This document shows, in pieces, positions 54,141 to 64,000 of a stretch of 64,000 nucleotides of DNA (the first letter of the stretch is position 1; each line of letters begins with the position of its first letter). Source of the stretch: Octopus vulgaris (taxonomy: Eukaryota); the NCBI GenBank assembly GCA_951406725.2, contig OX597820.1, positions 45,260,001 through 45,324,000 on the forward strand. Direction: 5' to 3'. A program made the position numbers and the translations under genes. The notes under the pieces were generated by a model that worked only from the letters and a program-made list of their open reading frames with translations, made no database searches and was not told where the DNA came from.

Positions 54141-54355
54141 GCATAATTAAATCTCAGAATGAGATTGAAACAGTAATCGCTCGATAATGTAAAGTATAGA
54201 AGCCATCTTATCATGGCTAACCACATAGGGGAGGGGGTGTTACTGTAGCTTTATAGCCCCAAGAGATCGTCGTCTCTAGCCATGATAAGATGGCTTCTAT
54301 ACTTTACATTATCGAGCAATTACTGTTTCAATCTCATTCTGAGATTTAATTATGC
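54141..54355. repeat. 79-bp near-perfect inverted repeat with 57-nt spacer
   Basis: 54141-54219 versus 54277-54355; one mismatch seen. Confidence 0.92.
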
Positions 54356-55453
54356 TTACTGTCAGTTTTTCGAAATCAGTGGCAAACGCCACTAGAAAAA
54401 CTCTTATATATTTGCAAGGAAGCCTTCACTTTCGTCGCATCTTGGTGGTTACCGCCCGTTGACAAGGGACAAATATCCCGAAACTAGTCCGAGCGTATCA
54501 CTCAGGCTTGCGAGGAAGGGATGGCCTCCCTTTGCAAATACTTCAAGGGCACTGATATGGTGTCTAAAGCCAGCTAGAGACGACGAACTCGAAACTACAC
54601 AGTTGCGAAGCGAACTTCTCAGCCACATTATCTTGTGAATTTGAATCTAACCAGTGTTAAATTTTTACTTTTATTCTTTTCGTTTCAGTAAACTATCTGT
54701 AATACTGTTGAATTGAATCTAGTATGGCTTTCTCTACAAAAAATTGTAATCTAGAAGAAAAAAAAACAACAAAAAACAAAGCAAGAAAACACCTCAAAAC
54801 ACTCAGTTGTACAGTATCTTTCTGTTGGCTACAATTCAAAATTTTCTTTTTCTGTGTGGCATCTTGATGATTTGAGTCTATGAGAGTTCAAATCCCGCTA
54901 TATTTCTGTGTGACTTATTTATAGTTTGGGGGCATTTCAAAGTCTTTATAAAAAGACCGCTTTAATGTTAAAAGAGTGTCTGAAGTTAATTATAGAATAC
55001 GCTTCACATCATAGAGATTAATTTATTTGTATACCTGGACAAATTTATTCTTCCCGTGAAGTTCTTTCTTTCTTTTTTTTTTTATATGTTTTCTAAGCTA
55101 AGTGAATATGGTCAGCAATTGGACTAAGTCTATTTTCATTCTTCTCAAAAGATTCACAGGTCATGTATATTATAGCTGGGGCACGTGTTCTACTCATCTT
55201 CTCAGGCTTGTCTATCATAGCGGAGTCACGTGTTTTCATCTCCGCTGGTCCGGGTGTGCGTTCTCTTCCCATCCCTCTTTAGACATATGCACTTTAAAAA
55301 CATTTTATTACATATATATATATAACATCCTATTGATTTTGAGAATGAGAGAGAGAGAGTAGGAAGGGAGTGAAGGAAGAAAGGGGGAGGGAGTGAAGTG
55401 TTTATTGTTTAATTTTATACATCAGTAATTGGTTCAATTTGCCATTTGAATAC

Positions 55454-55586
<133 letters not shown>

Positions 55587-55587
55587 A

Positions 55588-55982
55588 GACTGGCTGTGTG
55601 GTAAGAAGCTTGCTTCCCAACCACATGGCTCCGGGTTCAGTCCCACTGCGTAGCACCTTGGGAAAGTGTCTTTTGCTATAGCCTCGTGTCGACCAAAGCC
55701 TTGTGAGTGGATTTGGTGGACGGAAACTGAAAGGGGTCCATTATATATATATATTTATATGTGAGTGTGTGTGTATATATTTGTGTGTTTGTGTTTGTCC
55801 CCACCTCCATCTCTTGACACCGATGTTGGTGTGTTTACGTTCCCGTAATCTATCGGTTCGGCAAAGGAGAACGATAGAATAAGTACTAGGCTTACAAAGA
55901 ATAAGACTTCAGGACGATTTGTTCGACTAAAGGCGGTGCTCCAACATGGCGGCAGTCAAATGACTGAAACAAGCAAAAGAAT
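55588..55982 (+). mobile_element. SINE family B
   Basis: TGGCTGTGTGGTAAGAAGCTTGCTTCCCAACC..CCGGGTTCAGTCCCACTGCG..CAGTCAAATGACTGAAAC. Confidence 0.88.
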
Positions 55983-56830
55983 ATGTGTGTGTGTGTGTGT
56001 GCACGTGTCTTCTAGGATCTCGGGCATCCTCCATCCGATTGCACTCAAATCTGATATGTAGATACCGACGGTATTAGGCCGTGTATAAGTCTTGAAAACA
56101 TTACAAAAATCGATTCCAGGTGAGAATGCGATCGATAAAGCCGTTTTTGTCTTGCTTTTCTTCCGTTAACCTGTACATAACTGCACCTTCCATTTTTTGT
56201 TGCTTTTGTACAGCTTAAAGGCACGTTTCTTTCCTGCCAAGCTTACTGTTTAAACCATGTTTGTGTTCTCCCAGTCAATAGCCTTATCATTACTGGTACT
56301 TTAAACTCTTTGGTTGCATATTTGTGTGAATAAAATCGTTTTTCTTTGGAATAAAAAAAAGTCTATCTTTATTTCTTTTGCTGGTATCTCAAATTTAGGT
56401 TAAATCAGTGTTTCCCAAAGGGGAGGCCTATGGGGCAGTCGGACAAGTTGTTTTGAGAAAATTTGGTTTAAATGTTTGACAACTCAGCACCGCCTATTGG
56501 ACGGGGGGCATTTTGCTCGTATGTATTATATATGTAATAATTAAATTAGACATTAGGCACTTTATCGTGTTTTATTATGCACATGATCTTCTGATCCATG
56601 GAAAAAGAAAACAAAAAACAAAAAAAACCATCGCTTTGCACGAAACGAGTCCTCGGTGAGGAAGAAGGCTAGAGTCCTCTGGTGTCATGTATGAGTTATT
56701 TTGTTGGGCGACGATAGTGTTTCGTACGTGTTACGTGTTTTAATGTCGGTTGGTATGCAAGATAATGTATGGGAAGTTGTTCCATTGCATCAAGTGAAAA
56801 TTGTTTCGAATATGAGTTATATGATTTGTC

Positions 56831-57214
56831 CAGTGGAGGCGCAATGGCCCAGTGGTTAGGGCAGCGGACTCGCGGTCGTAGGATCGCGGTTTCGATTCCC
56901 AGACCGGGCGTTGTGAGTGTTTATTGAGCGAAAACACCTAAAGCTTCACAAGGCTCCGGCAGGGATGGTGGTGATCCCTGCTGTACTCTTTCACCACAAC
57001 TTTCTCTCACTCTTACTTCCTGTTTCTGTTGTACCTGTATTTCAAAGGGCCGGCCTTGTCACTCTCTGTGTCACGCTGAATATCCCCGAGAACTACGTTA
57101 AGGGTGCACGTGTCTGTGGAGTGCTCTGCCACTTACACGTTAATTTCACGAGCAGGCTGTTCCGTTGATCGGATCAACCGGAACCCTCGTCGTCGTAACC
57201 GACGGAGTGCTTCC
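56831..57214 (+). mobile_element. tRNA-derived SINE family D, full length
   Basis: A box TGGCCCAGTGG, B box GGTTTCGATTCCC; perfect 12-bp TSD ATATGATTTGTC at 56819-56830 and 57215-57226. Confidence 0.92.
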
Positions 57215-57759
57215 ATATGATTTGTCGGTCGTAATTTGTGGGTTATGCTATTGTATCGTGCGTCGACTATTTAAGAGTATGTGCCAAATTGGAAAACAAT
57301 CATACTGTTAGAGAGGAAAGAGAAGTTGGCTCAAACGGGTCTACTGAAACTGGAAACGTTATATTACATCTTTACAGTGAAATCAGAGAACTGTATCAGA
57401 ATTCGCTGTATACATACTTAAAGTAACGGAACAGGTAAGACACAACATAGAGAAATGAGGGAGAAAATTATAAAAGAGTACTATAAATAATCAGACAAGC
57501 ACTTATATTAAATTCAATGATAGAAATAAGATAATCTTACTATAATGGACGTTATGTGTGTCAGTATATAGTATGTGTGATTATTTAGTTGTTATTGAGG
57601 TGTGTCAGTCTCGAACAGGTTTCGAAACGGCTAATCGAAGCGGCTGTTGTCTACATCTCAGTTTTGTCAATCAAAATAACCCATGGTACCAGAACATCCA
57701 GATATTATTCGCATAGAACAGTGAGAAGTGAGCCTTAGCTTGATTTTTTGCAACTCTAA

Positions 57760-57949
57760 AGATTCCGCTCGCGCATTCACAGCAAACAAGACACAGGGCC
57801 AGACTTTAGATCGTGTAGGTGTATTTTTACCCACTCCGATGTTTACACACGGCCAGTTATACGTCGCTATGAGTAGAGAAACGAACGCCAGTAATTTGAA
57901 AATTAGTGTCGACCAAACAGAAAATATCGCCTACAAAGACGTTTTGTAA
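57760..57949 (+). mobile_element. Helitron RepHel PIF1-like helicase C-terminal fragment
   Basis: AFTANKTQGQTLDRVGVFLPTPMFTHGQLYVAMSR..LKI..TENIAYKDVL* matches helicase motifs V/VI and the TxNIVYxEVL terminus. Confidence 0.88.
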
Positions 57950-59082
57950 TCATATTGATATTATCGAAAGGAATATGATTCATAATTTGAATAAGGAAAT
58001 TTGTGAACTTTGAATGTATAAGCGTAAAATAGGGTAAACAATTAAAATAAAAGTATAGCTAAATAACATTTTTTTTCTTAAAACTTTTTATGTAGTGGTC
58101 GAAGGAAGCTCTGGCTTTCGTTAGGAGTGGTCTACATAACCATTCATGATACAGAGGCTGGGAGCCTATTTCAGTTCGGGAGTGAATCGTCATCACATGC
58201 CACTTAGTCGCAACACGTCATATATCTGCGATAGAATGCTGTATCACCAACAATAATGTGATTTCTCTAACACATCACCTAGTAATCTATCAAGTCCATT
58301 GATACATTTCTCAATACATACTGCTGTTATGACTTCTCTCCCCCATTTTATGCCTCATCATAGATGGGTAGTTTTGCTAGTCGGTATAAATACACTAGCC
58401 ATTGCAATTATTTTCAGCATAATAAATTAGAAGTCGAGTGGATTGAAGAGTTTCGGTGGTTATCCTGCAGTGCATGATTTGTGTAGGTTGTGTAATATTA
58501 CTGGGTGATGATTCTATACATAATGTGTTGAATGAGTTGTGTCGTTATTATAGATTGTTGTTGTAAGGCTCGAGGTGTCTGTCAAGTTACTGGCTTTTTA
58601 TTTCCTGTCCTTGATAGTTATATTTGGACGGTTTACCTTGATAACCTTGTCTGTATGAATAGACACATCTTAGATTATTATGACCATATTGTTGTCATGT
58701 GCCGTGTTTGGTACATGCTTATACCACTTGTGTTTTTCCGTCAAAGTGTTGACATATTGTTGACAGATGACCCATATTACCGACTTGAATGCTTCTGTGG
58801 ACAAATACTGACTTTGCTACTACTGGTTCTAGAAATGATGTGGTCGATTCGTGCTAAAATCAGACCTTCCACTTTTGCTTTTAGCTCAGAGCACGCTTAG
58901 CTGACTTCTTTTCTGTCGAGTCTTGCAGTAATTTTCCTCTCCAATTTTTCTTCAGAATTACGTTGTCTGTTACATTAACTTTCTGACAAGGCTTGATGCA
59001 ATAATTTGAGACATTCTTGTCCAGACTGATAATAGGATAAAGGTAAACAGTTCCAATATTATTATCAAGGTCGGGAAAATAA

Positions 59083-59479
59083 GGCGGTGAGCTGGCAGAA
59101 TTGTTAGCACGCCGGGAGAAATGCTTAGCGGTATTTTGTCTGCCGCTACGTTCTGAGTTCAAATTCCGCCGAGGTCAACTTTGCCTTTCATCCTTTCGGG
59201 GTCGATTAAATAAGTACCAGTTACGCACTGGGGTCGATATAATCGACTTAATCCGTTTGTCTGTCCTTGTTTGTCCTCTCTGTGTTTATCCCATTGTGGG
59301 TAGTAAAGAAATAGGTATTTCGTCTGTCGCTACGTTCTGAGTTCAAATATCGCAGAGGTCGACTTTGCCTTTCATCATTTCGGGGTCGATAAATTAAGTA
59401 CCAGTTACGCACTGGGGTAAATGTAATCGACTTAATTCCTTCCTCCAAATTTGAGGCCTTGTGCTTCCAGTAGAAAAAG
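59083..59479 (+). mobile_element. SINE family A dimer
   Basis: Head plus two bodies; 17-bp TSD ATTATCA(A/G)GGTCGGGAA at 59061-59077 and 59480-59496. Confidence 0.88.
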
Positions 59480-59724
59480 ATTATCAGGGTCGGGAATGAA
59501 AACTGGCGTACTCTGATAGATAACTTGACCTCCATCGGCTTCATTTTTTTCCTAGTTTGTAATTTATTGCTTCCTTGTATAACGTAAAAATCTTCGCTTT
59601 CTTTTTGTTCCTTTTAACACTAACCAGTTTCCCTTTGTTTTAAAGTATCTTTCTAGTCTCTCTGTCGTTACTTTGTATTTGTTCTTTGTTTTTATATCTG
59701 GCCCTATCACACCTATGTAAAGAG

Positions 59725-59750
59725 TATATATATATATATATATATATGTT

Positions 59751-59790
<40 letters not shown>

Positions 59791-60057
59791 TGTATGTGTG
59801 TGTGTGTGTTTGTGTATGTCTGTGTCTGTGTGTGTCTGTGTATGTTTGTGTGTCTTTGTTTGTCCCCCTAGCATTGCTTGACAACCGATGCTGGTGTGTT
59901 TACGTCCCCGTCACTTAGCGGTTTGGCAAAAGAGACCGATAGAATAAGTGCTGGGCTTACAAAGAATAAGTCCCGGGGTCGATTTGCTCGACTAAAAGGC
60001 GGTGCTCTAGCATGGCCGCTGTCAAATGATTGAAACAAGTAAAAGAGTAAAAGAGTA
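59725..60057 (+). mobile_element. SINE family B 3' half, starting in its internal microsatellite
   Basis: GTCCCCCTAGCATTGCTTGACAACCGATGCTGG..AAAAGAGTAAAAGAG. Confidence 0.85.
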
Positions 60058-60852
60058 TAATATATCAGTTTAAAGGTGGCAACTTGGAAACTTTCATGGA
60101 AGATTCCTAACTTTTCAGTCTAAACTCTTCAGTCCACTCGACTTCTGATTTATTATGTTGAAACTGAGGTTTATAATTGCGATGACTCGAGTATTTATAC
60201 CATTTATCTTACTTCTATCATTGAATTTAGTTTCAGTGCTTGTTTAACTCTTTTGTAATTTTCTCCCACATCTGTGTTGTGTCTTACTTGTTTCATTACT
60301 TTAAGTGTGTATATAGAAGATTCTGATACAGTTCTCTGGTTTCACTGTAAAGATGTAATATAACGTTTCCAGTTTTAGTAGAATCGTTTGATCCAACTTC
60401 GCTTTCTTCTATAACAGTATGATTGTCTTCCAATTTGGCATGGCATGATTGTTGTACAGCGTTGGATTGTATACAGTGTCCAGAGCGTAGTATGTTTTTT
60501 TTTTTTTAATATCCAGTTTGCTTGATTGCTAGCTTGAATATCTGCCTCTAGTTGCTCAGAAGGGCTTAGAAAGAAAATCTATATGTTTTTGTGGAATTTG
60601 GCGTTTTTTAAAACAACGATTTTGGTTATATGGTTATATACTGGAAACACGTTTTGTATGAAAAGCATAATCGGTTATATGAAAAAAAAAAAACAGAAAA
60701 GAAAAATATGAGATACAATAAATATTTTCATACATAAAGTATAGCTACTTAGTAACACACTTAATTTCACAGATTGATAGTTCTAATATCTAGTAGAGGA
60801 AAATACATTCAAATTCTAACAACACATTCAGAAAATTTATTTTTGTTAATAT

Positions 60853-60965
60853 TCCGGGTTCAGTCCCACTGCGTGGCATCTTGGGCAAGTGTCTTCTGCT
60901 ATAGCCCCGGGCCGACCAATGCCTTGTGAGTGGATTTGGTAGACGGAAACTGAAAGAAGCCTGTC

Positions 60966-61019
<54 letters not shown>

Positions 61020-61230
61020 TTGTGTGTCTGTGTTTATCCCCCTAGCATTGCTTGACAACCGATGCTGGTGTGTTTACGTCCCCGTCACTTAGCGGTTCGG
61101 CAAAAGAGACCGATAGAATAAGTACTGGGCTTACAAAGAATAAGTCCCGGGGTCGATTTGCTCGACTAAAGGCGGTGCTCCAGCATGGCCGCAGTCAAAT
61201 GACTGAAACAAGTAAAAGAGTAAAAGAGTA
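60853..61230 (+). mobile_element. SINE family B (5' truncated)
   Basis: TTCCGGGTTCAGTCCCACTGCGTGGC through tail; near-identical to the reverse complement of 16515-16925. Confidence 0.9.
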
Positions 61231-61446
61231 TTTATTAACTGTTCAATTAATTTTGATTTCCTTCTTAGTCACAAGTTAAAGCATTTTAAGAAAAAAAGAG
61301 TTACTCGACTATATCGGTCAGTATTTGACCACTATTTACTTTAATGGCACTGAAAGAATGAAAAACAAGTTGACCTCAGGGGTAACGGAGGATGCTTAAC
61401 TTAATCCATATCCCAGTTTAACCCAATGATCTGTCTATAAAAGTAT

Positions 61447-61620
61447 TTTTGATGGCGAGAAATAGGAGTGAAGATAGCATCCACGACTCTTCTTTAGATC
61501 TTCGAGACTAGGGAGAAAAGGGTGTTGCCTAGTTTCTGGCCTGATGATAACTTCTGCCCTTTCCTCCCACTAGTCTCGAAATCCAAAGGAGAGTCATACA
61601 TTTCAACTCGCCATTAAAAA
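61447..61620. repeat. ~175-nt imperfect foldback
   Basis: TTTTGATGGCGAG / CTCGCCATTAAAA outer arms; GACTCTTCTTTAGATCTTCGAGACTAGGGAGAAAAGGG / CCCTTTCCTCCCACTAGTCTCGAAATCCAAAGGAGAGTC inner arms. Confidence 0.85.
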
Positions 61621-61684
61621 GAACCTTCTACCGATTCTGATAATCTACTGCTTTTGGAGTCAAATATTTCTCCTAACTATATAA

Positions 61685-61880
61685 TGGTTTTAAATCTTGG
61701 TACAAGATCATCAATTCTTAGTAGGAGAAGTTAGTCGATGACATCAATTCCCGGTCCTTGGCTGGTACTTTATTTCATCGACCTCGAAAGGATGAAAGGC
61801 AAAGTTGACAACGGTGGTATTTGAACTCGGCACGTAAAATAGGAAGAAATGCCGTTTAGCATTCTTGTTCGACGTGCTAA
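61685..61880 (-). mobile_element. SINE family A (diverged)
   Basis: CTGGTACTTTATTTCATCGACCTCGAAAGGATGAAAGGCAAAGTTGAC..TTTGAACTC. Confidence 0.75.
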
Positions 61881-63482
61881 TAAAATAGAATGGAATTTGT
61901 TTCGGATATAGCTTTACTAGTGGTGAAAGGAAAACCACCAAATCAATAAACGCATCTGTATTTGTGAATGCCATCGTCCTTTGAAATCATAAGGGATACA
62001 ACTTGAAAAAAAACAAACCTTTTATGTATTTCATTTATGACAGCAAATCAACCCGGCTGAACTCACTCTTTTTCCAAGCTATATACATAAAAGGCATTGA
62101 ACTCAACATTACTAAGCTCATGACACACTCATTAATTTAACAGTGGTTCTACTGCTTACATTTGTAACTTATACCACTGGACCAACTTCAGCTTGCCAGC
62201 TTCTGTTGTATTCAGCATCAGAATCTATAGAAATACAGAAACCTATTTTGACAGCGGAGAGAGTGTATAACACGTGTAGATTGTTATACTGTAACGTAAC
62301 ACAAACAATTAAGCACTGCATTTCAGAATTTACACTTCATGTTGCGGTTTGGTGGCTTGTGTGTCTCAATGGCCCTGAGAGCTGTGCCAGCGGACTGCAA
62401 GTCCCTTGTGGTTCCTATACTGGACAAATCAAAGGATAGAAGTCAGGTCAACATGGACTACTTCATCCCAGAGGTAAAAACGAGTTTGTATAGGGCTAAT
62501 ATTCCTATGAAAGAAAAACAACAACAAAATTACAGGAGTATCGATGACAATTCAAAACCAAGAACTAGGAGAGAAAATACCTTCACCCAGGAAGGCTTAT
62601 GACGCAGCGTATCAAAATCCGGAAAAAGGGTGCAAAGCTGCAGTGAATCAGTTGGAGGGAAGTAGAAAAAATAGTGAAGAGTGGAGAACAGTAGAGAGAA
62701 AATGTCGATGACCTAGGATCCATAGGGAGCGAAGAGCTTGAGTAAGCAATATATTAGGATGTGAAAGCTCGGGAAGAGGTATGATGTATCTGGTACAATG
62801 ACTCTGTCATTTAATCAAATATCTATGTTCTATAGTTCTGTTGGATCAGAGCTGACGTGGGCTTACACATCATCATTATCTTCAATAACCTCCAATTTAT
62901 AATTATATTTATAGGAACATCAAGAAATTGTGTCGGTTGTGGACAGTATTAAGGTTATAGAATACCATCCGACAAACAGTGCAACTGGTAGCCCAACAAC
63001 CCCCACCCCGCCACTTTTATCGCTTCGACCATCTGTTACTCAGTGACGAAATTAAGAAACTAATGTTGAAATTCAACAATGCATTGAGACAATCTAAACT
63101 TAAAAAACAATACCATTGTCAGTCATTTGTGATTCAACAATCTCTTCATCATGTTGAATGGTTTTGACATTTGTCAGCTCTGCATAATTTCTTTCCTTTT
63201 CTTGTTTTTAATTTTCTTTTTTTTTTTACTTTTGTTTTTGTTATAGCTTTTGTTGTTGTTTGTAAAAATGTAAAAAAAAAATGTAAGTAGACAAACATTC
63301 AAAGAAAGCTACAAAGCAAACTTTTACAATAATCTCGTGTTTATTTTGCTCGTCTTGACACCTCCGTGTTTATGATGGGACAACAAGAGGAAAACTGTGA
63401 GAAAATAGATTAACGCCTATATACTCCGCCTACAACTTATCGTCATCGTCATCATCATAATTATTATTATTAATAGCAGTAA

Positions 63483-63693
63483 GGCGGTGAGCTGGCAGAA
63501 TCATTAGCACGCTTGGCAAGATGCTTAGCAGCATGTCGCCCATCCTTACGTTCTGAGTTCAAATTCCACCGAGGTCAACTTTGCCTTTCATCCTTTCGGG
63601 GTCGATGAATTAAGCACCATTTGAGCGATGTGGTCGATGTAATTGGCTTAAACTTCCTGTGATAGTGCTGGCTTTGTACCAAAATTAGAAACC

Positions 63694-63695
<2 letters not shown>
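63483..63695 (+). mobile_element. SINE family A monomer with (TTA)n tail
   Basis: GGCGGTGAGCTGGCAGAATC head, GAGTTCAAATTCC, CTTTGCCTTTCATCCTTTCGGGGTCGAT core. Confidence 0.85.
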
Positions 63696-63754
<59 letters not shown>

Positions 63755-63756
<2 letters not shown>

Positions 63757-64000
63757 TATTATCTTTGCACAGCTTCTAACGCTGGATATGTACTATGGTG
63801 CCAGTTCAGTTGTTCACTACCAGTAAACTAAAGTAACACCCCTTATTTTTCGAGCACCATCCGGAGTATTCGATCGGCTCCAAGCAGTGCTGTTTTCTGC
63901 GAGTGTTCCACCCTTATTGCAGCCCCTATTTGTTCTATGTATTTCTTCAAGATTTTTACTCACTCTTTCCAGGACTCTGAAAATTATTGGTACTACTACC
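63755..64000 (-). mobile_element. 3' end of an R4/Dong-type retrotransposon in a (TAA)n tract, running off the window
   Basis: Minus strand reads ..VVPII..KNLEEIH / IEQIGAAIRVEHSQKTALLGA.., the RLE C-terminal LQKxxLLG motif, then 3' UTR and (TAA)n. Confidence 0.75.

Larger units (their letters stand above)
58560..60420 (-). mobile_element. Old, fragmented R4/Dong-type RLE retrotransposon interrupted by two SINEs
   Basis: Minus-strand peptides in expected order: ~60230-60090 (KINGINT..LSFNIIN..LKSLD*KVR), ~58900 (LKAKVEGLILA), ~58740-58590 (KWYKHVP..*DVSIHTDKVIKVNRPNITIKD). Confidence 0.6.

Overview
AT-rich, microsatellite-saturated eukaryotic intronic or intergenic DNA. The tRNA-derived SINE families resemble those I recall from Octopus/coleoid cephalopods (inference, not checked by search). 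No intact protein-coding gene is visible: long ORFs in the track are microsatellite translations or decayed transposon fragments. The window holds four SINE families (several with readable target-site duplications), decayed LINEs (RTE, CR1, and R4/Dong-type RLE elements sitting in (TAA)n/(GAT)n tracts), Tc1/mariner, hAT and Tigger-like DNA elements, and Helitrons. The most interesting signal is a set of short non-coding elements embedded in (TA)n tracts that carry minimal hammerhead-ribozyme folds with a palindromic stem III. There are four copies of one ~200-bp family, a 350-bp-period retrozyme-like repeat with an inverted 5' tail, and several more degenerate motifs. Also notable are a patchwork of templated inverted and tandem duplications at 52.2-54.4 kb, a SINE nested in a SINE with two TSD pairs, several foldback elements, and a few isolated strong splice signals that may belong to a host gene. 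Coordinates were read by eye and may be off by a few bases.
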